From the IMG/VR virus record IMGVR_UViG_3300025073_000026: a DNA stretch of 62,068 nucleotides; one strand, given 5' to 3'. The notes beneath the pieces were generated by a model. It made no database searches, had not been told where the DNA came from, and was given only the letters and a program-made list of their open reading frames with translations. Positions 49,444 through 58,985 of the stretch are shown here, piece by piece. Position 1 is the first letter of the stretch, and each line of letters starts with the position of its first letter. The stretch comes from a virus. A program made the position numbers and the translations under genes.

Positions 49444-49473
49444 CTGTTAGTGCCTCCATCAACTGCACACCCA

Positions 49474-49500
49474 TACTACCCGGATAGTCGAAAGCCTAAC
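49474..49500 (-). promoter_or_regulatory. Phage promoter motif
   Basis: GTTAG-N16-GTAGTA. Confidence 0.75.
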
Positions 49501-49513
49501 AGTCTTTTGCGCC

Positions 49514-50296
49514 CTATTTCAAAGAACAGAAAAACGCTCGTATCGATATCGCCACGATTTCCTTTAATTCCTGTATGCTAGGGATGGGTGTTCCATAATG
49601 GAGCATCCGATGGCAATTGGCACAGACCAGGATCAAATCATTCAATGTGGTGGGACGCCCATCATCGGATTCTGAGAGGGGCACTATATGGTGACACTCA
49701 ATGTACCTCTCCCCCACATCCCCATATCGGTCCTTGAAATCAAACCCACATATCTCGCAAGGAACAGTTTCTTGCTGTTCAAAAGCTAGGGCCTTCTTCT
49801 GTAGGACGATGCCATCATTGCGTTCACGTTCTTTGTGGACACGAAACCTCGCTGTGCCCTCCATGACTCCATCGGTGATCCCAAACACCTCCATGATGGA
49901 GCTGCTGGTGGTCTCTCCGGTGACAGCATCCATGTCTGCCGGAGGGGGCGTGAGCCCCACTTTCTGGTAGCCACCATGATTCTTCGCCAGATAGGCCAGA
50001 AAAGAACACCACTCACGCCAGGCACGTTGCTGGTCATTAGGCCTCCGATCCTCCGGGTTGATATGCCTTCCCTTCCATTCTTTTTTGAGGAAATGAATGA
50101 CAGACGCATGGTCAAGAGATTGGCCATACCGAAGTACCTTGCCAACAGGCCCGCCCCACCATTTCTTTGTCTTAGCCCCCGGTTCCTTCTGGGGTCCAGC
50201 ATGCCTGACAGGAAATGTAGCTGTCTGAATGTGAAGGCTTAGTATCTCCAGAAGCTGCTCTCGATTGAAACCACAGAGGGTGTCTATTACATCCAT
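49514..50296 (-). CDS. HNH endonuclease, McrA-like C-terminal domain
   Basis: CEICGFDF...YIECHH..PLSE....LNDL..VCANCHRMLH. Confidence 0.88.
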   Translation of the reverse strand: MDVIDTLCGFNREQLLEILSLHIQTATFPVRHAGPQKEPGAKTKKWWGGPVGKVLRYGQSLDHASVIHFLKKEWKGRHINPEDRRPNDQQRAWREWCSFLAYLAKNHGGYQKVGLTPPPADMDAVTGETTSSSIMEVFGITDGVMEGTARFRVHKERERNDGIVLQKKALAFEQQETVPCEICGFDFKDRYGDVGERYIECHHIVPLSESDDGRPTTLNDLILVCANCHRMLHYGTPIPSIQELKEIVAISIRAFFCSLK

Positions 50297-50304
50297 AGGT
50301 CAAG

Positions 50305-51699
50305 TCACTCCATAGATAGGATGTCTAAGAGACTGCCTTCTTCATACCCCAAGATTCGTTCTTTTGCTAAAGACAGGTATCCCTCATTCAAATCGATTCC
50401 AATGTAGTTCCTACCAAGTTGGAATGCTACGTGTCCTGTGGTACCACTCCCACTAAAAGGGTCCAGGACAGTGCAAGGCATGGTTTTGGTACAAGGACAC
50501 CTGCAAGTCTTTTCCCAGCCCTTAGTGACCCGTTTCTGCACGTCGTTGAGAGGTTCCCTGGAACGGCCTCTCTTGTAAGGGCCCTCTCCGGATAACTCCC
50601 CCGGGATTCCAATGGTTACCATCTCGTCTTCACGCCAGTCTCTTCCACCTATTTTCTCGATGATCCTGCGATAAGGCGTTCCACATTCAGCACAGCATCC
50701 TACCTCAGAAGTTCCTGAGAGAATCATCGGTTCAACTAGAGCCTGAGGCCATGTCGCAAAATGGGCCCCACGGAATGGCTGAGTGGATAACGTCCAAACA
50801 GACCGTTTGAACCGTTTCTCCTGAGGTAGGTACATTCGTCCATTGTCCTGTCGTAGAGTCCCTGCTGCATGATCCTTAGCGTCTCTGAAAGCTCGGGGCT
50901 TTCCTGGGTTTTCTACGAGTTCCGAGACAGCATCGCAGTCGAAATAGTAACGTGCCTTCTTGGAGAGCATGAAGATGTATTCATGGCTAGACACAAAGCG
51001 ATCATAAGCTGGGGATGGCATACCATTGGTTTTCTGCCAGATGCAATCTTGCCGGAGAAACCACCCGGCATCCCGTAAGGCAAAAGCCACCATCCAGGGG
51101 ACACCGATCAAGTCTTTGACTTTGAGTCTGGGGTGCGCTCTTGGTTTGATTGGACGGTCTGCCTGACCTTCTGTGTAGACACCCCCTAGAGTAGACTTCT
51201 CAGAGAAGTTTCGGGGATCTTGGCCATAAGTTGTAGTGGACCCTCCACCCCAATAGGTATCCCCCAGATTGAGGTAGACAAGACCGTCATCCCGTAGCAC
51301 TCTGCCTATCTCTTGAAAGACTTCCACTAGATGCTGGACGTATTCCTCTGGGGTAGGTTCCAAACCAATTTGGCTATCTACCCGTATGGCACCACACTTA
51401 CTACACACGCCTTTGGTCAGGGCAATGGCTCCGTCCCGATTGCGTTGTCCTCTTTCATCTACCTGCCCATCTGCACGACCACACCCATCTCTGCCTTGTT
51501 CGTGGTCACAGGAGATATCACCGCCGACCCATTCTCCGGTTAAGTAGTCTCGTAGTCCCCAATAGGGTGGAGACGTGCAGACTAGGTGGATGGACTTATC
51601 AGGAAAACTCCTGAGTGTAGTTCTGACATCATCCCCATAGTACAGGGAGGCAGTCAGATCGTGTTGGTCTGTCTTGCGATGTAGAATAGTAGGAGTCAT
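50305..51699 (-). CDS. N4/N6 DNA methyltransferase (SPPY)
   Basis: TSPPY, HFATWP, CCAEC..CRC insert, DPFSGSGTTG. Confidence 0.93.
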   Translation of the reverse strand: MTPTILHRKTDQHDLTASLYYGDDVRTTLRSFPDKSIHLVCTSPPYWGLRDYLTGEWVGGDISCDHEQGRDGCGRADGQVDERGQRNRDGAIALTKGVCSKCGAIRVDSQIGLEPTPEEYVQHLVEVFQEIGRVLRDDGLVYLNLGDTYWGGGSTTTYGQDPRNFSEKSTLGGVYTEGQADRPIKPRAHPRLKVKDLIGVPWMVAFALRDAGWFLRQDCIWQKTNGMPSPAYDRFVSSHEYIFMLSKKARYYFDCDAVSELVENPGKPRAFRDAKDHAAGTLRQDNGRMYLPQEKRFKRSVWTLSTQPFRGAHFATWPQALVEPMILSGTSEVGCCAECGTPYRRIIEKIGGRDWREDEMVTIGIPGELSGEGPYKRGRSREPLNDVQKRVTKGWEKTCRCPCTKTMPCTVLDPFSGSGTTGHVAFQLGRNYIGIDLNEGYLSLAKERILGYEEGSLLDILSME

Positions 51700-51896
51700 T
51701 CGGGCTGTATCCCCGATAAGCTATCCCCGAATCGGGCTACTTCTTTCCTTTCTTCATCAGTTAGGTGCTCCCAAACGATATCCATACAGTCCAGGTGGTC
51801 GTCTTCCTCTTGAGAATCTTCTTCATTGTGGCGAGCACGAATCTTGAACAGGTCCAGGATCATCTGCTTGTACTGACTTAGGAATTCTCCAGGCAT
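51696..51896 (-). CDS. hypothetical protein
   Basis: Coupled to MTase. Confidence 0.55.
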   Translation of the reverse strand: MPGEFLSQYKQMILDLFKIRARHNEEDSQEEDDHLDCMDIVWEHLTDEERKEVARFGDSLSGIQPE

Positions 51897-51912
51897 ATTT
51901 CCTTAGACCCCC

Positions 51913-52506
51913 CTATCCTTTCTTGTCAAAGCGTTCTCTGAAGTATTCTGCTACGGTCTCAAAGGTTCGCATCACTGGATTGAGATGCCCGTCATGTATA
52001 GAGACAGAGGCGTATCCCTTATGCGGGATACCTGTCAGGATGCCACTTACCTTACGTTGCAGTTCGCTAATGTCCAACTTGGACCTGAGAAACAAGTAGA
52101 TGTCAGACCCGGGGAAGGCGTAATCATGCAGTGCATCAATCCGGTACTCTGCCAGCCGATCTAGGATGTTATCTTCCAATGTAGACAACAGACGGGATTC
52201 AGCCGATGAAGGCCAGTCGTTCAACTGCTCTTTGGTCATTCTGGATTCAACTTCGCTGATCGTCCCAAAAGAGAAGATGGGACGGACAACGAGGCGATAG
52301 TACTTCACCTGTTTGTGCGATTCTTGGTACATTTTTTCACACAACGAACAAACAAGGTTCCGCTTTTGCCCCACTACTAGTGCCTTAACTTCATGCGGGA
52401 GCTTCTTCCCGCAGCGAGTCGTCCAGGCACCTTGGGGATTGGCCCGGTGCCAAACCTTACCCTGGGGGAAGCAAATGATGTCCGTATCCAACCTGGATTC
52501 TTTCAT
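51913..52506 (-). CDS. hypothetical protein
   Basis: GGAGG RBS. Confidence 0.65.
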   Translation of the reverse strand: MKESRLDTDIICFPQGKVWHRANPQGAWTTRCGKKLPHEVKALVVGQKRNLVCSLCEKMYQESHKQVKYYRLVVRPIFSFGTISEVESRMTKEQLNDWPSSAESRLLSTLEDNILDRLAEYRIDALHDYAFPGSDIYLFLRSKLDISELQRKVSGILTGIPHKGYASVSIHDGHLNPVMRTFETVAEYFRERFDKKG

Positions 52507-52544
52507 GTCACTTCACCTCCACAGCACGTATTACTCCATTTCAA

Positions 52545-52635
52545 TGGCGGAAGGAGAGGGATTCGAACCCCCGGTGGTTGTTTGGGCCACGCCTGCTTTC
52601 GAAACAGGTGCCTTAAGCCGCTCGGCCATCCTTCC
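52545..52635 (-). tRNA. tRNA-Ser(CGA)
   Basis: Class II cloverleaf; CCUGU-UUCGAAA-GCAGG; G73-CCA encoded. Confidence 0.93.
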
Positions 52636-52654
52636 TTCCTTCAAACCATCTTTG

Positions 52655-52939
52655 CTACTTCTCCACCATCTCATGTACTAATCGATTTTTCCGTCGTCCA
52701 TAAGCCCTCTTTGGTGGTGGGATAAACGAACTGTCTTCTACCGGGATATAGGGCTCCCCAGGATGTATCTCAGGACAGTCATTCCTCCCAATTACAAGGA
52801 CCATTTCATACTTTTGATGCATCCTCTGCGCTTCCCACATGGCTGGGAGTTCCGATACATTGAACTCCATTGGAAGAATGAATGCCGGAAAATAATCTTG
52901 GAAGTACTCGACCAACAGAGGTTTGGATTTGGGTAGCAT
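52655..52939 (-). CDS. hypothetical protein
   Basis: ORF in minus block. Confidence 0.5.
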   Translation of the reverse strand: MLPKSKPLLVEYFQDYFPAFILPMEFNVSELPAMWEAQRMHQKYEMVLVIGRNDCPEIHPGEPYIPVEDSSFIPPPKRAYGRRKNRLVHEMVEK

Positions 52940-52998
52940 GAGTTATCGGGAGCCCCACCATGAAGTACAACCCCACCTTACCACAAAGCCTGGGTTTT

Positions 52999-53580
52999 CT
53001 AGAAGGCTTTCAATGACCATGGGGTGATATTGAAGTTGTGTTTCCTACCGTTATCCAGGAATTCTCTGGCAGTCAAGACGAGATAGGACGTCACCAATGA
53101 GTAGAATGCCACCCGGTCTTCATTCTCACAGGTAGGGATGTTGGGGTCAACATCATCAGCCTTGAAGTTCTCTGACCACACCACTCTACCAAATTTGCCG
53201 TCCGCTGACAGGCACCCGTGCAGACAAGGGATGTTCTCTTTCCTGCAATGTCCCTGAATCAAGTTCCGTGCTTCCGGATTGTCCGTGCAGTCAATGACCA
53301 GTCTGGGATGGTCCAAGATTGATGATACGTTATCCGGCACCAACTTGTGCGGGATCGAATCGACTTTGACTCCAAAGAGTCCATTGAGAATTGTCTGGAG
53401 TGCTACGGATTTCTTCTTTCCGATACCCATCTTGGTGTGGAATTGTGATCGCATGTTTTTGACTTCGATCGAATCGAAGTCCGCACCCTGTAAGGTCTCA
53501 GGCCAATTGCGAGCCAGGAGCATCAGGTGTGACCCTAGTGCCCCCAGCCCAACGATGATGACTCGTCCAGTTCCAGTCAT
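52999..53580 (-). CDS. ThiF/MoeB/E1-like adenylyltransferase
   Basis: GLGALG, DFDSIEVKNMRSQ, DCTDN..R, candidate catalytic Cys in PTCE. Confidence 0.88.
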   Translation of the reverse strand: MTGTGRVIIVGLGALGSHLMLLARNWPETLQGADFDSIEVKNMRSQFHTKMGIGKKKSVALQTILNGLFGVKVDSIPHKLVPDNVSSILDHPRLVIDCTDNPEARNLIQGHCRKENIPCLHGCLSADGKFGRVVWSENFKADDVDPNIPTCENEDRVAFYSLVTSYLVLTAREFLDNGRKHNFNITPWSLKAF

Positions 53581-53617
53581 GCCCCATATCCACTCTTGTT
53601 TCAATCCACTCTCTTTA

Positions 53618-53890
53618 TCAGAGAGAACTCTTGCCGTATGCACTCTTCGGACGGAGCATGATCACGTTCTCGACCCGCCCCGCTTCAGGATTGATCGGGA
53701 AACGCTCAACCACGTAGCCCTCCAGGTCAACATCTGTCTGAGCCGGGATGCCTACCACCGTGTTGCTTTCGATGGACTCCTCAGCAACTTTGAGCACTTC
53801 GGTATCCGAGATGTCATAAGGGACCGGATCTGTCAGGTCTCCAATGCAGCCATCGTAAGTTACGTTAACTCTCGCCATTCTCTCTTCCAT
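53618..53890 (-). CDS. putative ubiquitin-like (beta-grasp) protein
   Basis: ~90 aa between JAB and E1; strand-strand-helix start; ends IMLRPKSAYG+KSSL; strong AAGGAG RBS. Confidence 0.6.
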   Translation of the reverse strand: MEERMARVNVTYDGCIGDLTDPVPYDISDTEVLKVAEESIESNTVVGIPAQTDVDLEGYVVERFPINPEAGRVENVIMLRPKSAYGKSSL

Positions 53891-53894
53891 GTTT

Positions 53895-55154
53895 TTACTC
53901 CTTTCCAGTTGGGGTTCCAACGACCGGAACTTTTGATCGTTGTCTCAACTCATCAATGTCTACTACTCTAAACTCTGGGCACCTAACAGGTTTGTAGTCA
54001 AATTTCCCCGGACCTACCCACTCGAACACCTGTACGTCTGTGAAAGTGACTACAGGCCACAGAAGTCGTCTGCCTAAGGCACGCTCATTAGCAGACCATG
54101 TAGTCACATCCTCTTGGGAATACCATGCATCGCCATTCCATGGGTGGGTATGCGCCACACCACCAAGTCTTTCACGGTGCTCCCAAAGGATATCCCAATG
54201 AGACTTGGTGTCAGGAATACTGATCCCTGTTCTGCCTGAAGGGTCATGCCATGCCAGTGTGCAACCGTCATGGTCAAAAACAAGTGCTACTTCCACCACT
54301 CCGTTTTCCATCATACACCTGCTGTTGATCCGACCAACCTCACCAGTGTTCTCAAGCCTACCGTCACAGGATGCCTTGGGGCATCTTGTATCCCGGACCA
54401 AGGCATCCCGGGTAATGTTAAAGGTGTTCCTGCACTTATCGCACTTCCACACTTCTGGCGGGATGTCCCGAGCCCTACTTTCCTGAGCCATGACAATATC
54501 CATGTTAGGTGTCCATTTGGCCCCCTTCGGAGCCTTACCCGCCAGTTTGGCACCCAATGCTTCTGCTACCACCTCTGGAGAGATAGCCCTTTCCTTCTTC
54601 CCCGTTGCCCGGATTACCTTGGGAGTCCTAGACTTTCCAACCTCCTTGTGCACGTTATCTTGCAGAGCACCTACAAGGGTTTCCGGCTTGGGTGGGTCAT
54701 AGACAGGTTCAGTCACCTTCTTTATCAGGGGGTAAATAGAAAGGACGGCCTTCTGTTCTTGCGAGAGGCAATTGCAGTTTTTCACAGTCCAATATGGAGA
54801 GTTGGCACAATCATCCACAGTCCATGAAGGAAACCTAAGAGTCTTGGGTGGACGATTGGGGTTGGGGTCGGGATCAATGTCCTCACCAAGAACTACTGGA
54901 CCCCCGTGCTTCCTACCAGTCAGCAACTCCCAATCGACCCACAATCGCCCTAAAGCCATCCCACTCCATTCCACTCGTGGAGTAGCCCACCAACCACCCC
55001 ACGTAACCTTTAGTTCCGAACCAGATACAGCCGTAGGATGACCCGCAACCTTTCTGCATAAAGACACAAAAGGAAATCCCGAGCGATCCTTACCAGCCTC
55101 CAGTAGAAACCGGCATGGTAGCTTGAGTGACAGTGCAATCTTGTAACCAGCCAT
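53895..55154 (-). CDS. protein with C-terminal JAB/JAMM metalloprotease domain
   Basis: VEVALV...AHTHPW.....SQED matches E..HxH-x7-S-x2-D; JAB may start internally near 54314. Confidence 0.75.
   Translation of the reverse strand: MAGYKIALSLKLPCRFLLEAGKDRSGFPFVSLCRKVAGHPTAVSGSELKVTWGGWWATPRVEWSGMALGRLWVDWELLTGRKHGGPVVLGEDIDPDPNPNRPPKTLRFPSWTVDDCANSPYWTVKNCNCLSQEQKAVLSIYPLIKKVTEPVYDPPKPETLVGALQDNVHKEVGKSRTPKVIRATGKKERAISPEVVAEALGAKLAGKAPKGAKWTPNMDIVMAQESRARDIPPEVWKCDKCRNTFNITRDALVRDTRCPKASCDGRLENTGEVGRINSRCMMENGVVEVALVFDHDGCTLAWHDPSGRTGISIPDTKSHWDILWEHRERLGGVAHTHPWNGDAWYSQEDVTTWSANERALGRRLLWPVVTFTDVQVFEWVGPGKFDYKPVRCPEFRVVDIDELRQRSKVPVVGTPTGKE
53961..53987 (-). promoter_or_regulatory. Phage promoter motif inside JAB gene, upstream of Ubl-E1
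   Basis: GTTAG-N16-GTAGTA. Confidence 0.7.
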
Positions 55155-55163
55155 GGCCCCCCC

Positions 55164-56117
55164 TCAATCCACATTACGCCAAACGTGTAGGACACCATCA
55201 GCAATAGCCGTTGCAACGACTGCGGGGAGTGTCTCCAACGAATACGTATCGTCCCATGCTTTCCCGGTATCATGGTCCGTCAAACAAATGCCAGCCTCGA
55301 CGATCCGTAAAGTCAACTTATTGCAGACACATTCAAACCGTCTACCCTTGAGCCGATACCGTACCACCATCTCATTACGCCTAGTATGGGGTCTAGCGTC
55401 CAAGAATTCGGCCCCCGTCATGGCAAGGGCATACTTTGCAGCCGTATTGAAATCCCGTGCCGCCACAGCCCTTCTACCTACCGCAGAACCGATACTCTTA
55501 ACCAGCTCCTGTCTCTTCTCCTCTTCAACCCTCTGACGTTCCTCTTCATCAGCCCGTCGTTGACGCTCAATCTCCTGACGCTCCTGCTCTGCTCGTTCCC
55601 AAGTGAGATACCGAAAGGCAAGGTCAAGAGCCGGAGTCACCCCCTTGATTCCATCTACCGTAGACGCCCTATCCTCAAAAGCATGGAGCACTTCCGTTTC
55701 TGCACCCTGTGGAAACTCCTGCCCGATGTAGATCAGGGTACTGCCGTGATCCCCTACCTTAGCTACCATGGCCCTACTAAATCGCTCCAAACCGGGTTCA
55801 ACCAGATGCACCATTTGAGTTTGGTGAATCAACTTAGCAGGATCAGGGTCCACTCGGGCATCATCGGGGATCAACCGTTCCCCAACAATGTACCCCTTGA
55901 CCGTAGGGTTCCGCCCCCCAAAACCGGCCTCTATCTCCGCTGGACCCGCTATGCGAGTCTTGCGAGAACCTGAGATTAGAAAGGTGTACCAACCATGCTC
56001 CGGAGGAAGCGCACCCTCAATAGACCACTCCCTACTATGATCATAAACGGTGCGTCCCCCCGTCCACGGGAGGACCAACCTGTCAGGTTCATCCTTTATG
56101 TAATCCCGCCAGCCCAC
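55164..56117 (-). CDS. hypothetical protein with candidate E2/UBC-like C-terminal domain
   Basis: Coiled coil followed by beta-rich domain with AGICL then helix; context of E1/JAB/Ubl. Confidence 0.5.
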   Translation of the reverse strand: MGWRDYIKDEPDRLVLPWTGGRTVYDHSREWSIEGALPPEHGWYTFLISGSRKTRIAGPAEIEAGFGGRNPTVKGYIVGERLIPDDARVDPDPAKLIHQTQMVHLVEPGLERFSRAMVAKVGDHGSTLIYIGQEFPQGAETEVLHAFEDRASTVDGIKGVTPALDLAFRYLTWERAEQERQEIERQRRADEEERQRVEEEKRQELVKSIGSAVGRRAVAARDFNTAAKYALAMTGAEFLDARPHTRRNEMVVRYRLKGRRFECVCNKLTLRIVEAGICLTDHDTGKAWDDTYSLETLPAVVATAIADGVLHVWRNVD

Positions 56118-56120
56118 GTT

Positions 56121-56561
56121 CTATACCTTCACAGCCAAGGTCCAACTCCCGTCCCTGGCTGATGCTACAGAAATTTCCACGGGTAGGATGCCTATCGCTT
56201 CTGCAAGCATACCTAGTGCATGTCCAGTCCCAGCAATATTACTGCTCTTCAGTGCACACAATTGGCTCCTGACCTTACACTTCTCTAGGGCAGTCAACTG
56301 CTTTTTGATCTTTTCCACGGTGGGCATCCATCGATCCTGTATCGAGCGGGCGTACCCTTTGCAGTGCAGATTGCCCAGATAATCTTGCAAGCAATCTAAT
56401 GCCTGCAATCCATCGGCTTTCAAAAGATGCTCGTGGGCTTGTCTGAGTGGGGCCACCTCATAGATTCCCCCTGTCTTGAAAAGACTCTCAGCCATACGGA
56501 TTGTTTCGACCCGGTACTGATACTCAGAGAAAGTAGCCATCCTGCACCCCCATTTGTTCAC
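56121..56561 (-). CDS. hypothetical protein
   Basis: Packed in operon. Confidence 0.55.
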   Translation of the reverse strand: MNKWGCRMATFSEYQYRVETIRMAESLFKTGGIYEVAPLRQAHEHLLKADGLQALDCLQDYLGNLHCKGYARSIQDRWMPTVEKIKKQLTALEKCKVRSQLCALKSSNIAGTGHALGMLAEAIGILPVEISVASARDGSWTLAVKV

Positions 56562-56563
56562 TC

Positions 56564-56604
56564 CTGAAAGGCGGGTGCATTAAAAACCTGCACCCGCCTT
56601 TCAG
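56564..56604. repeat. Perfect 16-bp inverted repeat downstream of the Ro60-like gene
   Basis: ctgaaaggcgggtgca-N9-tgcacccgcctttcag; no U-tract on the coding strand. Confidence 0.85.
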
Positions 56605-56613
56605 AAACCATGC

Positions 56614-58494
56614 TTATGCTGCCCAGTGGGGCTTGGCCAACAACTTTGTGTCCAAGATCTCCTGAATAAGAGTCTTCCGCTGGTAAGCCGGAGTCCTATC
56701 AACCCTTGTTCCTACCGGGGTGGACTTGATCAGGTTCGTCAGCGTGCGGTTCACGCTGTACGGATCGTTGAACATCTCCGGGTTGATCATGAAGCACGGA
56801 ATACCCAACTCTCTTGCGGTATCCTGCACGATGGTTCCGTCCTGACCCATTGAGCTCTTGACCTTCAGCAATCCGAATGCAACCGGATTGAGCCCACTCC
56901 GTCTGATTTCCCTTACCAGGGCGGCATAGTCATCCTGACCCTCATCTCCGACGAAAATGAACACGGCATCCTCATCAGGACCGGGCTTGTACTTGGCCAA
57001 CACTGCCACACCTTCCTGATAGCAGGTTCCCCCTCCAGCACAGAACGGCCGGAAAGCATGTTCGACACCGGCAGCTGTGGGGGCTTTCAGCGTAACTTCC
57101 CGACCCATGGTGTTGAAAACCGAAATCCGCACCCGTTCGACCGGGAACCCACCGAGGAATTTGGTCAGGCAACTCTTTGCCAACTCGATGGCTACCTCCA
57201 TGGAACCAGAAATGTCCACCATGACGTAGACTCTCATGTTACGAGTGGCCTCTTCCATGACCTTAGCCACATTAGCATCAGCCCCAGCCTTCAGGACATC
57301 AGCCGTCTCGGCTTTCTTCACATTCCGGGCGATGTTGGCAGCCCTCTGGTTCTCAGCCTTCTCTACAGCGGACTTCCACCGCTTGGAAACATCAGGATCA
57401 TTCAGCAACCCCAACTCTTCCAACGTGGGGGCAAGAATGATGAGGTCTGCATCTGACAGGGATCCGGATTCAATGGCCGCTGCCATGATAGCCTGTGTCA
57501 TACCGGGATCGGAAGGCAGCATACCCACGAGCCTCTTGTACCCGGGCTTATCCTTCATGATCCGATTGCAAATCTGCCTCTCGGTCAGACCGACCCAGGA
57601 CTCAGCCTTCTTGACCTTCTTGCCGATGGAGATGGTACGCCGACCATCCTTGGCCTGTACCTGTTTCCACCTGAGCAGATCGAAGAAAGCCAGTCCAGTG
57701 GGCTTGTATCCAGACCACCGACTCAGCTTCATGATCGAATTTCTCCAACCACTCTTGACCAAAGCCTCCAGAGCTTTGGGATTCTGGTCACGATAGTCCA
57801 GCCACTTTCTCACAGCGACCATGAAGCGGCCAAAGTGGGGTTCTCTGGCAGACTTGCCAAACCCCAGATCATGGTTGATCTTGGCAACTCCAGGAACTTT
57901 GAGCACCTCCCCAATGCGGATCAGATGCTTTGCAGTGAAGCAGTCCTTCTGCCCGTAGATGAGGCACATGGCCTCCCCTACCGCCCGGAAGTCATCGTCA
58001 AAGAACTCCACCTTTCCGTTGGGATCCTTGACAGGCTCGCCAAATCGGGACTGACAGAGCATGAATGCGGCCAGGATGACTTTCAGGTCACGGTGATCCC
58101 GCCCATATGACCAGGATGCAAGGTGAGCAGCGAAGTCGTTATCCATCTTCCAGATGTCCGCGATCTGCCTGTACATCCAGGTCACGACTTCCGGGAAGAT
58201 ACCTGGAACACGATACTCGCCCACCGTGGTACGATCGTTCTTGACTGTGTTATCAGCCTCCAGGGTGCCAACTCGTTCCTTGGGACGTTTGAACGGAGTC
58301 CGGTAGACTACCTTGGTCCCTTCCTCGTCCTTAACAGATACAGGTTCCCATTTGACTCCCACGGGATTGAGTGTGTCCTTTGTGACCATACCGGGCCTAC
58401 CATGCCAGCAGTGATCGGCATATGAGGTCAACATGCTGATAATGCGTTCAGCCGGGCCGAGAGTTTCAAGACGAACAACAGTCTGATCTACCAT
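56614..58494 (-). CDS. TROVE/Ro60-like protein with C-terminal vWA (MIDAS) domain
   Basis: Helical domain with AVRKWL...GWR.S..KL.R..GYKP; vWA DISGSM, GGT, FVGDE. Confidence 0.72.
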   Translation of the reverse strand: MVDQTVVRLETLGPAERIISMLTSYADHCWHGRPGMVTKDTLNPVGVKWEPVSVKDEEGTKVVYRTPFKRPKERVGTLEADNTVKNDRTTVGEYRVPGIFPEVVTWMYRQIADIWKMDNDFAAHLASWSYGRDHRDLKVILAAFMLCQSRFGEPVKDPNGKVEFFDDDFRAVGEAMCLIYGQKDCFTAKHLIRIGEVLKVPGVAKINHDLGFGKSAREPHFGRFMVAVRKWLDYRDQNPKALEALVKSGWRNSIMKLSRWSGYKPTGLAFFDLLRWKQVQAKDGRRTISIGKKVKKAESWVGLTERQICNRIMKDKPGYKRLVGMLPSDPGMTQAIMAAAIESGSLSDADLIILAPTLEELGLLNDPDVSKRWKSAVEKAENQRAANIARNVKKAETADVLKAGADANVAKVMEEATRNMRVYVMVDISGSMEVAIELAKSCLTKFLGGFPVERVRISVFNTMGREVTLKAPTAAGVEHAFRPFCAGGGTCYQEGVAVLAKYKPGPDEDAVFIFVGDEGQDDYAALVREIRRSGLNPVAFGLLKVKSSMGQDGTIVQDTARELGIPCFMINPEMFNDPYSVNRTLTNLIKSTPVGTRVDRTPAYQRKTLIQEILDTKLLAKPHWAA

Positions 58495-58552
58495 GGGGAC
58501 ACCTCCGATTACATCGTGTTTGGGAGTCTTACGACTCCCGAGTTACACAATC

Positions 58553-58579
58553 TACTACTCTGATCGAAACGTACCTAAC
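58553..58579 (-). promoter_or_regulatory. Phage promoter motif upstream of Ro60-like gene
   Basis: GTTAG-N16-GTAGTA; GNRA hairpin GGGAGUC-GUAA-GACUCCC in the leader. Confidence 0.75.
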
Positions 58580-58598
58580 AGATTTTCTTTCTACAACT

Positions 58599-58686
58599 TG
58601 GTTGCAGGTGTAGGAGTCGAACCCATGATGGGTAATGACCCTTGGCACGATGTGCGCCAATCCAAGACCGCTTGGGATAACCTGCA
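58599..58686 (-). tRNA. atypical class II tRNA-like RNA, loop CACAUCG (CAU at anticodon position)
   Basis: 7-bp acceptor UGCAGGU/ACCUGCA, A73-CCA, T-loop UUCGACU, long variable arm; lacks U33 and purine 37. Confidence 0.65.
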
Positions 58687-58703
58687 ATGAGGGGGAATAT
58701 TGG

Positions 58704-58802
58704 GCCTCCCGAGTGAGGGAACTTAATCAAGAAGCACGCCATAAATGGTAGACGTGGATCCTTCGCAGAATCCGCCTTGTGGGTTCCGCTCGATTAGGAG
58801 GC
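58704..58802 (-). ncRNA. Y-RNA-like RNA 1 (shared helix, non-tRNA core)
   Basis: GCCUCCU-AAUC-GAG-C-GGAAC...GUUCC-CUC-ACUC-GGGAGGC. Confidence 0.75.
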
Positions 58803-58848
58803 TGGGATTATCAAATCTGCCCTTTGTCAAGAGCAGGTGGTGTACGAT

Positions 58849-58985
58849 ATGGGGCTCGCGAGTGGGTGAGTCGCATTATGCCTTTCGGCATGGAGCCGGA
58901 TTTGAACCAGCGACCCACAGTTTATCAGACTGTTGCTCAACCAACTGAGCTATCCTTGTGGACTCAGCCCGGTTGCGAACCCCAT
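58849..58985 (-). ncRNA. Y-RNA-like RNA 2 (shared helix enclosing tRNA-Ile(GAU)-like D/anticodon/T arms)
   Basis: GGGGUUCGC-AACC-GGG-C-UGAGUC...GACUCA-CCC-ACUC-GCGAGCCCC; acceptor stem reduced to ~3 bp. Confidence 0.8.

Noticed and set aside
56564-56604. Rho-independent terminator after the Ro60-like gene
   Set aside because: No U-tract on the coding strand; kept only as an inverted repeat.
58891-58955. Ordinary tRNA-Ile(GAU)
   Set aside because: The acceptor stem is only ~3 bp, there is no CCA end, and it is enclosed in the shared long helix; treated as an ncRNA domain.
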